A stretch of DNA of 57,938 nucleotides, from positions 1 to 57,938 of the forward strand of contig JAHKKZ010000002.1 of the NCBI GenBank assembly GCA_029856685.1, in the 5' to 3' direction. The notes under the pieces were generated by a model. It saw only the letters and a program-made list of their open reading frames with translations, was not told the DNA's origin and ran no database searches. The stretch comes from Candidatus Njordarchaeota archaeon. Its GTDB lineage: Archaea > Asgardarchaeota > Njordarchaeia > Njordarchaeales > Panguiarchaeaceae. Shown here one piece after another: positions 27,531-37,127 of this stretch. How positions within the stretch are numbered: position 1 is the first letter of the stretch; every line of letters starts with the position of its first letter. A program made the position numbers and the translations under genes.

Positions 27531-29219
27531 ATGAAGAGAAGTACAGCAGCATTCATAGCTATGTCAGCTTTATTCGTATCCCTACTCATCTCAGCTCATT
27601 GTTTAGAGCGAGTAGGTGTTGCGAATATTTATTCTACGAAGATTTATAGTGGTGGTTTGTCAATAGCGATAACAGCATGGGAACCTGTTGAAGAACGTGT
27701 AGGAACGATAATTCTAATTCACGGAGTATTAGCATCAAAAGAAATGATGTATCCTCTCGCATCAGACCTTGCTCGGGCGGGATGGCGGGTAATTCTAGTT
27801 GACCAAATGGGGCATGGGGGCACCGAAGGACAATACATTCTTAGCACTAAGGATCTCGAAGATAGTGTAAGAGCTCTAGGAAAGATTTTTAATCAGACAA
27901 AAGGCTACCGTAAGGCAATAATTAACTATCTTAAAGATATACTAGCTCCGAATGAGAGCATAGTTTTTGGTGGTCATTCATTGGGTGCGTTTCTTGCAAT
28001 GGTATTGGCTGGTGAAGTGCAGAAAGACCTGAATGTATTAGCAACGATAGCAATAGCTCCTCCATATTTCCCAGGCATAGTAAACTCTTCAACACCTCGG
28101 AATCTTCTTATCTGTCTGGGAAAACACGATGAGTTTATAGGATTAGACATAGCAAAAATGTACTTAAACCCTACAAACCCTGTAGTGATCAAACCTGGTA
28201 GGCTCTATGGATCTTTCTCTAATGGTACTGCCCGAATGATATTTGTATCCGAACTATCAGATCATCTGCTTGAGCCATACGATCCAAAGATCATTTCTAA
28301 AGTCTTAGAATGGATCGATAATGCAAGAGGAGTAAAAGGAGTTAGACATGTTGCCCTGGGAACGCTTATAGCTGAATTCAAAGCTCTAGCAGGTCTTATT
28401 GGAATAGCTATAGTTGCTTTAATACCCCCTATTGTTTCTAGCAAATTGGGAATGATTTCTGGTGGTAAAAGATTCCCAGCAATAGAATATGCTAAGACAA
28501 CAATAGTCGTGAGCATTGTTGTTTGGCCTCTTCTAACAGTAGTTTTATTGGCTGGTTTTCTGAGCGGAATGGTTACAATAGCGGGGAGAACGGGATATGT
28601 TGTACCAGTACTTGTTAGTGGGTATCTATTTGTAGCGACAATAGCTATATTATTCTCATCAAGTATTCTCTCTAGATCGAGTGTAAAAAGTTGTATCCAA
28701 AAAACTTTATTATCGATAAAGAGCGATTTTGGCCGTGGAACAATTTTAGGGATCATTGAAGCATTTGTCTTTATCGTGATATTACAGATGACATATGGTT
28801 CAATACTAATATCAATGGTACCACAAACTCCTGGTCGATTTTTAGTGTTTATCCCAACAGCATTTGCTGTATTCTGGTATTTTATGTTCCATGAGTACTT
28901 CTACCGAGCTCAGATACAAGAAATCTTTGGGGGGAGAAGGCATATTGCTATAATCCTCTCCATATTGACTTCACTAGCATCAAAAGTTACTGTTATGTTA
29001 ACAATAACATTCCTAATCTACATTGTATCACCAATAAAGGTAATCGCGATTTTTAGTCTGATAGGAATGACAATGATAGCCCTCCTTACCGAAGGACTCG
29101 CGGCAGCATCTTACTATGCAACACGGGAGATATATCCACATGCCCTTGCAAGTGCTATAGTTTGGGCCAGCATCGTAACAGCAGCGTTCCCCACAGCGAA
29201 ACTTATAGTCATGCTCTAA
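27531..29219 (+). CDS. alpha/beta-hydrolase domain fused to a C-terminal polytopic membrane domain
   Basis: An N-terminal signal/anchor is followed by ILIHGVLASKE and the nucleophile elbow GGHSLGAF. From about residue 270 there are roughly 8 hydrophobic helices. Confidence 0.7.
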   Translation: MKRSTAAFIAMSALFVSLLISAHCLERVGVANIYSTKIYSGGLSIAITAWEPVEERVGTIILIHGVLASKEMMYPLASDLARAGWRVILVDQMGHGGTEGQYILSTKDLEDSVRALGKIFNQTKGYRKAIINYLKDILAPNESIVFGGHSLGAFLAMVLAGEVQKDLNVLATIAIAPPYFPGIVNSSTPRNLLICLGKHDEFIGLDIAKMYLNPTNPVVIKPGRLYGSFSNGTARMIFVSELSDHLLEPYDPKIISKVLEWIDNARGVKGVRHVALGTLIAEFKALAGLIGIAIVALIPPIVSSKLGMISGGKRFPAIEYAKTTIVVSIVVWPLLTVVLLAGFLSGMVTIAGRTGYVVPVLVSGYLFVATIAILFSSSILSRSSVKSCIQKTLLSIKSDFGRGTILGIIEAFVFIVILQMTYGSILISMVPQTPGRFLVFIPTAFAVFWYFMFHEYFYRAQIQEIFGGRRHIAIILSILTSLASKVTVMLTITFLIYIVSPIKVIAIFSLIGMTMIALLTEGLAAASYYATREIYPHALASAIVWASIVTAAFPTAKLIVML

Positions 29220-29284
29220 TGATCATTCTTTTATTAATTCTGAATTTCTTTTTCTCCTAAAAATAGCTTTTTCTGGTGGTTTAA

Positions 29285-29713
29285 GTGATATCAAAGGAGC
29301 ATATTGAAGAAGTGGCCGACATGCTAAATCAAAGAAAAATATCGGATCTCCAAAACTTAGAATTCGTCCTATGGCTTTGTTGGTTAGATCAGAGGGCTGT
29401 CTTCAGGGAGCTCAGAATAATAAGTGTTGAGGAGGACTTCAAAGTATTGTGTGTATATGGAATAAGAGTCGTGATTAATGGAAAAGAATTTTTAAACTCA
29501 ATAGCCGCGATGGAGCTTACGGAGAAGTATTATGTAAGCGTAGAATCAGCAACAAAAGAAGACTGGAGGATGTTTGTTGAGAGAATAGTTGAAGAGGAAC
29601 ATCCCCGAGTCCTTCCTGGATATACATTTAGAAAGAAGCTTGGTCTTCCCGAGTCCTCCTCCCTATTCGAAGTTTATGTGCTATCTGTAGATATTAGGGA
29701 GGGGGAAAAGTGA
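29285..29713 (+). CDS. hypothetical protein (142 aa)
   Basis: GTG start preceded by GGTGG. The stop overlaps the next gene's start (GTGA). No motif is recognised. Confidence 0.45.
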   Translation: MISKEHIEEVADMLNQRKISDLQNLEFVLWLCWLDQRAVFRELRIISVEEDFKVLCVYGIRVVINGKEFLNSIAAMELTEKYYVSVESATKEDWRMFVERIVEEEHPRVLPGYTFRKKLGLPESSSLFEVYVLSVDIREGEK

Positions 29714-30471
29714 CGGAGATATATGTTGGGGTCTGCGCATTTAAAAAAAAGTATTATAAGAGTGAGATAAACTGTGTGGAAGTTCAGCAGACATTCTATA
29801 ACATACCTATGGAGAAAACTGTTAGGAAATGGAGAAATGAGGCCCCAGAATCATTTATCTTTAACCTAAAGGTTTTTCAAGGTCTTACACATAATCCGAG
29901 GCTGCCGACTTGGAAGAGATATACTAGGAAGCTAACAGAAACTCAGAAAAAACAGGCGGGAGATTTAAAACTCAATGACCTTACAAAAAAGTGGATTGAC
30001 ACATACATAAATTATATGAAGATATTAGACGGAAAAGTTCTTGTAGTACAAACTCCTGCGAGCTTTAAGCCTACAAATGAGAATGTATCTAACGCTATGA
30101 AATTCTTCGAGTATTTCTTTGAAAGACTTAAGAACCTCGGAGCTAAGTTCTGGATTGGTTGGGAACCGAGGGGGGACTGGCTTAAAAATATTGACGCTCT
30201 AGATGATATTTTTAGTAGTTTTAATAAGCTGATACACATAGTTGACATATTCTTTCACGAGCCAGTCTCGATCTCGGAGACATCATACTTTCGTCTTCAT
30301 GGAAAGCCATATCTAAACTATAGATATCGATACACAGATAAGGATTTTGATCTAATAAGCCAGAAGATAGAGAGGCTGAAAGGGGTATCAAGCAGTATAT
30401 TTATAATGCTAAACAATGTCTATATGGAGGATGATGCTCTAAGACTTAAAAAGTTTTTAGGTGTGAAATAG
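29710..30471 (+). CDS. DUF72 (UPF0759) family protein
   Basis: IYVGVCAFKKKYY, VEVQQTFYNIP, FIFNLKVFQGLTH and YFRLHG match the DUF72 pattern as I recall it. Confidence 0.55.
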   Translation: MTEIYVGVCAFKKKYYKSEINCVEVQQTFYNIPMEKTVRKWRNEAPESFIFNLKVFQGLTHNPRLPTWKRYTRKLTETQKKQAGDLKLNDLTKKWIDTYINYMKILDGKVLVVQTPASFKPTNENVSNAMKFFEYFFERLKNLGAKFWIGWEPRGDWLKNIDALDDIFSSFNKLIHIVDIFFHEPVSISETSYFRLHGKPYLNYRYRYTDKDFDLISQKIERLKGVSSSIFIMLNNVYMEDDALRLKKFLGVK

Positions 30472-30472
30472 G

Positions 30473-31045
30473 TTGTTTGAAGGGGTTCTATTTTCATATG
30501 AAACTCATCCCCGAGACCTTAGTGAGTCTGCGGTATATCAGGTGGAAACCCTTCTTAGGAACCTTAGAGAGATAATTCCCAATATTGATAAGGCAAGACT
30601 AATGCCTAGACCTGGCGGCATCAATGGGTTGATACTGCTAGACCTAAGAGAGTGTCTTCAGAGCATGAATATCGAAGCACAAGAGTCTATCAGAAGACAA
30701 TTAACTCATTTCATTGAGAAGGCTTTCGATGAAGGCATGTTATTGAGTATAGTTAAAGTGAGAATCCTAAACTTTATTGTTCCTCTGGACCTTGATAGGC
30801 TTGTGGAGACAGCAAAAATTCTGGCGAAAAAAATAAGAGGTCGATGGAAAATCGAGCTGAGAACGAGAAAGATGGCTGATAGAATGGAGATAATTCGACA
30901 GGTAGCTGCGGTTATAGATCAGCCTGTGGATCTCAAAAACCCACAGTTCATACTAAACATAGAGATCCTAAGTAAAGAGTTAGTAGTTGTTTATCTGGTC
31001 GATAAGGAAAGAGAATCCGAAACAATTATTAAGCCGAAGTACTAA
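30473..31045 (+). CDS. hypothetical protein, possibly THUMP-like
   Basis: The C-terminal half (GRWKIELRTRKMADRMEIIRQVAAVIDQPVDLKNPQFILNIEILSKELVVVYL) resembles a THUMP domain. The similarity is weak. Confidence 0.3.
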   Translation: MFEGVLFSYETHPRDLSESAVYQVETLLRNLREIIPNIDKARLMPRPGGINGLILLDLRECLQSMNIEAQESIRRQLTHFIEKAFDEGMLLSIVKVRILNFIVPLDLDRLVETAKILAKKIRGRWKIELRTRKMADRMEIIRQVAAVIDQPVDLKNPQFILNIEILSKELVVVYLVDKERESETIIKPKY

Positions 31046-31992
31046 ACTAAGTACTTAAATATCAATATGAGCACTACAGCTGATAATACTGGTATTGGTA
31101 GTGCTGGCAGAGCTTCAGCTCTAGATCTAAAAAGCAGAAATATTGTTATTAACACTCCACCAAGAAGAATGATGGAAATGGCAAAGGTTTCTAGGGGGTT
31201 CAACACAGCAAAAGAATATCCAACAGCAAAAGAGTAAAAGAATATATCGCCCAGCCCTAACCCAAAGCCTGATTTGCTTTCACCTTCGGAAGATACTATA
31301 TTACGCTTTAGCGTCTCAGCTAGCTGTTTTAGAGGCCCTCTAAAAACACTATATAGATCATACAAAGCGAAACCTATCAGGAGAGCTATTGGTGTTAGCT
31401 CACCCATATTCCAGCTCATCCATACTCCAAGCCATGTGACATTCAAAGTTAGAATTATGTTTCGGGCTAGTATGAATCTTCCTTTAAATGCTGATATGAT
31501 ATAAATGGCGATAAAAACTATTGCGATTATCATCATAGTATAGTATAGAACGTCGACAATAAAGAATGGCAAATTTAAATCTAAGGCTCCAGCTATCGCG
31601 ATTAGCAGATAAGCGCTAGTGAGGAAACCCATATATAAAGTAAATGTGAATATCATATAGGACATCAAACTGAGGATCATAATTTTCATGAATGTGATCT
31701 TACCGTAACGTATTAGAAGAATCAGGAGCAATGTTACCAGAATGACGGCGAAGAGCAGATAAAGTAGATTTATTATTACTGCGACACCACCTGCTTCGGA
31801 TTCTGGGATCGGGGCTGCGCTCTCAGTAATATGTTTCTGAAAGAATCTTAAAACAAGCGATGTGGCTGTAGCTACCAGAAGTGAGAGAAATATGAATGTG
31901 CTAACAATAATTAATGCCAATTTGGGTTTTCTTTCTATTGGAAAGACCAATATAGGTAAAGTCAGAGAAAAATCATCACTTCTATCAGCCAT
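31042..31992 (-). CDS. presenilin / signal-peptide-peptidase-type intramembrane aspartyl protease (archaeal PSH, peptidase A22)
   Basis: About 9 TM helices carry the three family signatures in the correct order: ALYDLYSVF (YD), GFGLGLGDIFFYS (GxGD), and EALPALPIP (PAL). Confidence 0.8.
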   Translation of the reverse strand: MADRSDDFSLTLPILVFPIERKPKLALIIVSTFIFLSLLVATATSLVLRFFQKHITESAAPIPESEAGGVAVIINLLYLLFAVILVTLLLILLIRYGKITFMKIMILSLMSYMIFTFTLYMGFLTSAYLLIAIAGALDLNLPFFIVDVLYYTMMIIAIVFIAIYIISAFKGRFILARNIILTLNVTWLGVWMSWNMGELTPIALLIGFALYDLYSVFRGPLKQLAETLKRNIVSSEGESKSGFGLGLGDIFFYSFAVGYSFAVLNPLETFAISIILLGGVLITIFLLFRSRAEALPALPIPVLSAVVLILIFKYLV

Positions 31993-32114
31993 ACCGGGTA
32001 CCTCTATCTAATCGACTTAACATTATATAGCTAAGTAATTTTGATGTGATAGCAATTATTAAAACAACTCAGAAAAATACTTTAATTTTACTTAGTTTAT
32101 GTCTCCAAAAGGTG

Positions 32115-32495
32115 ATGCTATTGGATGAGAAGAAATGGGGGGATACACTTTCAATGTTGATGAAATATGCTTCCGAAATATTTGGAAGCATAGAAGGGTT
32201 TAGAAAAGGAAGAGTTATAGTCGAGGCCGAGGGCGATAAGGCTATACTTAAAATCGCAATATGGAAGGACCGAGGTGGCGAGCTAAAGCTTAGCTTTGAA
32301 TATACTCCTGCGATTACAGATGAGAAAAAGGCAATAGAATTTGAAGAAAAAGTTGAGGAGGAGAAACCCAAACCCGAACAGTTTGTTGCTGAGGAGAAAA
32401 CCTCGACTGAGGTTCCAGTAGAGGCTGAAGAGCTAGAGGAATTAGGAGACCTATTTAAGGATAAAGAGGAAAAAGAGGAAACTTTCGGCATTTAA
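32115..32495 (+). CDS. hypothetical acidic protein (126 aa) with a Glu/Lys-rich tail
   Basis: The ATG at 32115 is preceded by AGGTGA. The upstream part of track ORF 32046.. is unlikely to be coding. The antisense ORF is Ser-rich shadow. Confidence 0.45.
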   Translation: MLLDEKKWGDTLSMLMKYASEIFGSIEGFRKGRVIVEAEGDKAILKIAIWKDRGGELKLSFEYTPAITDEKKAIEFEEKVEEEKPKPEQFVAEEKTSTEVPVEAEELEELGDLFKDKEEKEETFGI

Positions 32496-32516
32496 AAAAT
32501 GCTTGTTTTATCCTAT

Positions 32517-32852
32517 CTATTTTTTGGCTATTACTTCGTATAGATACGCACCTGGCCCCGCGGATTCTAATCTCCTCAGAAATCCTAGTTTAGTTAGTTC
32601 TTCAAGAAACTTTCGACAAGTGGATACTTTTACTTTGAATTTCTCGGCTAGAATATTAGGAGAAACAACTCTACTCCTATTTATAAAGTCAATCATATTT
32701 GCAAGAGTTTTTTCATCGATAAATGTTGTTCTAACTATAAGCTTCCATTCTCGTGCTCTTCCAAATCTAACTTTTCTAACTAAGCCTTCTAGCCAGTCTC
32801 CCGTGCTTGCTTTCTTGAGGACTTTTCGGACAACTTTGCCATAGATTGGCAT
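32517..32852 (-). CDS. rps25e: 30S ribosomal protein S25e (eS25)
   Basis: 111 aa with a basic N-terminus. The C-terminal winged helix RVVSPNILAEKFKVKVSTCRKFLEELTKLGFL matches the S25e layout. Confidence 0.55.
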   Translation of the reverse strand: MPIYGKVVRKVLKKASTGDWLEGLVRKVRFGRAREWKLIVRTTFIDEKTLANMIDFINRSRVVSPNILAEKFKVKVSTCRKFLEELTKLGFLRRLESAGPGAYLYEVIAKK

Positions 32853-32920
32853 CTATACCTACCTGCAAATACTAGCTCTTAGTCTCGGATAGTTATGATA
32901 ATCGAATAAAAAGATAAAAT

Positions 32921-34027
32921 TTATTCGCGTCTAAGCTCTAGGTGCTTAAACCTAGTTATTGTTTCTTCGTTTCCAAGGCACCTATTGATTATAACCTCAT
33001 TTATTGTCGATACGCTTTCAACAACATCAACTAATCTAGATATGAGTCGTGCAAGATATATTAGGAATTTGCGGTCTGATGCTATATTAGCCATGCTCAT
33101 ACATGTTCTCTTGAGTTCTTCTCGGAGATCCAGTGCCTCATTAAGATTTTCGTTTGCTCTAAGTGGATCTAAGGCATGAAGAGCATAGATGGAGTGGCTT
33201 ATTAGATCTTCACATCGATCTATTACCTTCGCGATAATCTCCGCGATGTTCTTGGGTATAGGGCCATATGTTTCGATTAATTCCTGCAAGTCCTGTGCAA
33301 TTTCATATGCGTAATCCCCTGCCAACTCTAAAGCCCTTATAATAGCTCTATTACCTATTATATGAGCAGGATTTCTGAAGCCTAAATTTATAGCTAGTCC
33401 TCTATTTATTTGCGATGCAACGAGAATTCTTAAAGCCCACCAGTAATCCCGATCAATCTCATCTTCCATCTTCTCAATATTCCTAAGGTACTCTGGTTGC
33501 CCATTTATTGCCCTCTTTATATAAGCTATCATGCTAAGTAGACTAGCAGAGAGTCTAACAACAAGATTTGTGAAATCAGCATCAAAATTTTGCTGAAATT
33601 CAAATTCAACACTACTAGAAGTAACCGTATGTCGTGCGTTGATAAATTTTTGGGAAATTTCCTTTAGCCTATCAAATCTGGGATCTCTAGGGTTACCTGT
33701 CTTAAATATGACACGTCTAATACCCTCTAAGTATGCTCCAACGAGAATTCTCTCTAAAACGCGGTGCTCTGGCATCTTATCAGCATTGACTTCTAGTACA
33801 AGAGATATCTGCGGTGTAACATCAGTGGCCATGGGGTATAATGCTAAGCTTCCATCTTGATTCGTCACAAGTAGAACTTTGTCTCCTCGTTTTAGCCCCA
33901 TCATTCGTAGCCAGTCATGGGGCAACGTTATAACATAGCTACTCTTACCAAGTCTCAAAATTGAACGTAGATTAGAACTTCTGCGTATCTTCTTTACATC
34001 GTTACCGCTTCTAGACATTTTCATCAC
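32921..34027 (-). CDS. AbrB/SpoVT-domain plus PhoU-domain regulator (archaeal PhoU-like phosphate uptake regulator family)
   Basis: The N-terminal LGKSSYVITLPHDWLRMMGLKRGDKVLL is a swapped-hairpin AbrB fold. The remainder is helical with two PhoU-like repeats. Confidence 0.55.
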   Translation of the reverse strand: MMKMSRSGNDVKKIRRSSNLRSILRLGKSSYVITLPHDWLRMMGLKRGDKVLLVTNQDGSLALYPMATDVTPQISLVLEVNADKMPEHRVLERILVGAYLEGIRRVIFKTGNPRDPRFDRLKEISQKFINARHTVTSSSVEFEFQQNFDADFTNLVVRLSASLLSMIAYIKRAINGQPEYLRNIEKMEDEIDRDYWWALRILVASQINRGLAINLGFRNPAHIIGNRAIIRALELAGDYAYEIAQDLQELIETYGPIPKNIAEIIAKVIDRCEDLISHSIYALHALDPLRANENLNEALDLREELKRTCMSMANIASDRKFLIYLARLISRLVDVVESVSTINEVIINRCLGNEETITRFKHLELRRE

Positions 34028-34175
34028 AACTAACTAACCGATAAGTATCGGTATATACTAACAATATTCCCCAAATATAAATACCTCATTTTAAAGCAAC
34101 ATGTACAGCTAGACTCTCGTAGTTTTAATTACATGAGTTATAATCCTCTTTTCAGATATTATGTAGGTGAGCTAC

Positions 34176-35198
34176 ATGGTTGTGAAAGTCTTCGTTAATG
34201 GGTTCGGTACTATAGGTAAACGTATAGCTATGGCTGTGATGAGACAAGACGATATGAAACTTATTGGTATTGGAAAGAGAACCCCTGATTTTAAGGCTCT
34301 TGTTGCAAACAAACTGGGTATCCCCATTTTTGTGGAAAATGAAGATGAAGCAAAGAATTTCGAGGAGAAGGGGCTCAAAGTTGTGGGGTTCGTTGAGGAT
34401 GCCATCAGAGAAGCAGATATAATTGTTGATGCTGCTCCTAAGGGAATAGGTAAGAAAAACAAAGGGATATACCAACAACATGGCAAGAAAGCGATATTCC
34501 AAGGAGGCGAAGAAGAATCAGTAGCTGAAGTAAGCTTTGTTGCTCAAGTAAACTATGATAAGGCCCTCGGCAAGAACTACATAAGAGTAGTCTCATGTAA
34601 TACTACTGCAATCTCGCGGGTGATACATACTCTACGCAGTTTATCTCCAATAGAGAAGGTCAGAGTAGTGCTTGTGCGTAGAGCTGCGGATCCTTGGGAG
34701 GTAAAGAAGGGGCCAATAAATGCTGTGATTCCAACACTCAAAATACCTAGTCATCATGCACCAGACGCAAAAACTGTTCTTGGTGATATCGATATTGTTT
34801 CATTTGCTGTTGTTGTTCCAACGACAATAATGCATCTACACGTTCTAAATGTGAAGTTTAAAGAACAGGTAAGTGAAAGTGATATCTGGAACGCTCTAGA
34901 GGAGGCTCCTCGAATAATACTTGTTCCCACAAACTTGAAACTGGACTCAACAGCGGCACTAATAGAGCTGGCAAGGGACCTAGGTAGACCGAGAAATGAT
35001 CTATATGAGGTTATGGTATTTGGTAAGAGCATAAGGATCATCGATGGTGAGCTATGGATGAGCTATGCTGTGCATCAAGAAGCTATTGTTATACCAGAAA
35101 ATATCGATGCGATCCGCGCAGCTATGAATCTTACCGACAATCCAGAGGAGAGCATAAGGAAAACGGATATGAGCTTAGGGGTGCTAAAGAGGCTATAA
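34176..35198 (+). CDS. gap: glyceraldehyde-3-phosphate dehydrogenase, archaeal type II (phosphorylating)
   Basis: MVVKVFVNGFGTIGKR is present, and the catalytic VVSCNTT is intact. AGGTGA lies 6-7 nt upstream of the ATG at 34176; the track ORF starts at GTG 34167. Confidence 0.9.
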   Translation: MVVKVFVNGFGTIGKRIAMAVMRQDDMKLIGIGKRTPDFKALVANKLGIPIFVENEDEAKNFEEKGLKVVGFVEDAIREADIIVDAAPKGIGKKNKGIYQQHGKKAIFQGGEEESVAEVSFVAQVNYDKALGKNYIRVVSCNTTAISRVIHTLRSLSPIEKVRVVLVRRAADPWEVKKGPINAVIPTLKIPSHHAPDAKTVLGDIDIVSFAVVVPTTIMHLHVLNVKFKEQVSESDIWNALEEAPRIILVPTNLKLDSTAALIELARDLGRPRNDLYEVMVFGKSIRIIDGELWMSYAVHQEAIVIPENIDAIRAAMNLTDNPEESIRKTDMSLGVLKRL

Positions 35199-35201
35199 TC
35201 T

Positions 35202-35465
35202 ATGGGCAACATAATGAAACTTGTAACCCTAGGCTTTTTACCTCCTGATATGAAGAAGAAGGATCTAGAACTAACACTTTACTACAAAATTTGGGAGTAT
35301 TTTCGTGTCGTATGTGTGTATGCCGAGTATAATCTTGAGGATCCCAGCAATATTCGATGTAGAAAAATAAATGGGCAGTGTGACTTTGATTCATGCCCTG
35401 TTGTGTCTAGAGCAATTAAAATGTATCAACAAGCACTTAAATTTGCTGATTTAGAGGACAAGTAG
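35202..35465 (+). CDS. small hypothetical Cys-containing protein (87 aa)
   Basis: It starts 3 nt after the gap stop codon and contains CRKINGQCDFDSCP. The family is unknown. Confidence 0.4.
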   Translation: MGNIMKLVTLGFLPPDMKKKDLELTLYYKIWEYFRVVCVYAEYNLEDPSNIRCRKINGQCDFDSCPVVSRAIKMYQQALKFADLEDK

Positions 35466-35519
35466 TTTCGCCATTTATACTCTAGTTAAACTAATAAATA
35501 GGTAGAGGGATGATCGAAA

Positions 35520-36143
35520 GTGAGGAGATTCAGATTAACACTCATAATAATCCTCACAACTTTCCTCATGGTCGCCTTCAAGTGCCAACCAACGCACATA
35601 CAGTCAGTCTCAGCCCAAGGAGTACTTCATGCGGCACGTGTCCTAAATGCTACTGAGATACATGCGGGCCAATCCATCCAGATTTACACGATAATTAATA
35701 ATCCGGAGACATGGACTCTTTACAACATATCTGGCCACTTTCTTATAAGACCAGCTACAAAACTGACTATAGTGGATGCTCTAAATATAACAAATGTGTC
35801 GGTAACAAGATATGTGTTTGAAAGAGAAGAATATGTCAACGTAACATTCGAGATAAAATATGTAGCCCCTCAAACAACATTTATCCACTGGGTAGTAATA
35901 AGATTTGGGGAGGAAGGCACATACAGTATTGTTTCCAGTAAAATCTCGGGTGTTAGGGTAAAGGGAGAACTCAAAGAAGAATTCGAATTAGGCATAAACG
36001 ATGCGAGTATTGAAGTCAAGAAATATGTCCCAGGATACCCACCTGAGGGAACAAAAGATGGAACACTATTAGCAGTTTTCATCACGATACTTCTGCCTCT
36101 AATCTTTATGGGTGGTATCAATAAGCTAATTAAGGAGGTTTAG
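35520..36143 (+). CDS. secreted, C-terminally anchored surface protein with multiple N-glycosylation sequons
   Basis: There is an N-terminal signal-like helix and a C-terminal TM helix (LLAVFITILLPLIFMGG). Sequons NAT, NIS, NIT, NVS and NVT are present. Confidence 0.55.
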   Translation: MRRFRLTLIIILTTFLMVAFKCQPTHIQSVSAQGVLHAARVLNATEIHAGQSIQIYTIINNPETWTLYNISGHFLIRPATKLTIVDALNITNVSVTRYVFEREEYVNVTFEIKYVAPQTTFIHWVVIRFGEEGTYSIVSSKISGVRVKGELKEEFELGINDASIEVKKYVPGYPPEGTKDGTLLAVFITILLPLIFMGGINKLIKEV

Positions 36144-37127
36144 GTGTCGTCAATGCGCGTAATAGTAACTGGAGGAGCTGGTTTTATTGGGTCCCACCTA
36201 GTTGATGCCCTCATGAAAGACAAACGCTACAAGAGAGTAATAGTTATTGATAACCTCTCCACTGGACGATATGAAAATATCGCTCACTGGGAGGATGATG
36301 AAAAGTTTCAATTTATAAAGGCAGACCTCGCAAGAATGGATGATATTAACGAGATTTTTAGGGACGCAGACATAGTATTTCACTTTGCAGCAGAATCGGA
36401 TGTTAGAATCGGTGTCAAGAACCCCGAAAAACTTTGGCAGGACAACATCGTTGCAACGTTTAATGTCCTAGAAGCAATGCGAGTGAATAGAGTTAGATAC
36501 ATAGTTTTTGCATCATCATCGACGGTTTATGGAGACCAGGTCAAACTTCCTACACCAGAAGACGCATTGCTTCAACCAATATCAATATATGGGGCCTCAA
36601 AATTGGCTGGTGAAGCACTAATATTAGGCTACGCGAATACCTTTAAGATGCGTAGTTTAATTCTTAGATACGCAAATATTATTGGCGCACGTTTAAGACA
36701 TGGTGTAATATTTGACTTTATCACAAAGCTACTCAGAAACCCAGATGAACTTGAGATTCTTGGGGATGGAACACAAAGAAAAAGTTACCTACACATAAGT
36801 GATGCTATTAGCGCAACTATGCATCTATTCAAAAAATTTTTGGAGTCAGACAACAAATTCGAAATTTATAATGTTGGAAATGAGGACTGGATAACAGTAA
36901 AAGAAATAGCTGATATTGTCTCTGAGGTCGTTGGTGTAAATCCAAAATATAGATTCACTGGTGGCGTTGAGGGTGGCAGAGGTTGGATTGGTGATGTAAA
37001 ACTAATGCTCTTAGACATAACAAAACTTAAAAACTCTGGGTGGAATCCGAGTATGAATTCACATGATGCTGTCAGGAAGGCCGCCAAAGAAATCTATGAG
37101 GAGCTAGGATCATCATATAAGACCTAA
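36144..37127 (+). CDS. NAD-dependent epimerase/dehydratase (UDP-sugar 4-epimerase-like SDR)
   Basis: The Rossmann motif is VTGGAGFIGSHLVD and the catalytic YGASK (YxxxK) is present. The protein is 327 aa. Confidence 0.85.
   Translation: MSSMRVIVTGGAGFIGSHLVDALMKDKRYKRVIVIDNLSTGRYENIAHWEDDEKFQFIKADLARMDDINEIFRDADIVFHFAAESDVRIGVKNPEKLWQDNIVATFNVLEAMRVNRVRYIVFASSSTVYGDQVKLPTPEDALLQPISIYGASKLAGEALILGYANTFKMRSLILRYANIIGARLRHGVIFDFITKLLRNPDELEILGDGTQRKSYLHISDAISATMHLFKKFLESDNKFEIYNVGNEDWITVKEIADIVSEVVGVNPKYRFTGGVEGGRGWIGDVKLMLLDITKLKNSGWNPSMNSHDAVRKAAKEIYEELGSSYKT

Noticed and set aside
22477-28756. Long antisense ORFs within pheS, pgk, the OMT-like gene and the hydrolase gene (22477..22884, 24660..25064, 26638..27204, 28262..28756)
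   Set aside because: Each lies opposite a gene with strong family motifs, and none carries motifs of its own.
32069-32491. 140-aa minus-strand ORF antisense to the acidic protein gene
   Set aside because: It is poly-Ser/Phe low complexity generated by the GAA/AAG-rich sense strand.
34152-34502. Minus-strand ORFs overlapping the 5' end of gap (34152..34502, 34172..34486)
   Set aside because: They are antisense to the well-supported GAPDH N-terminus (NGFGTIGKR).
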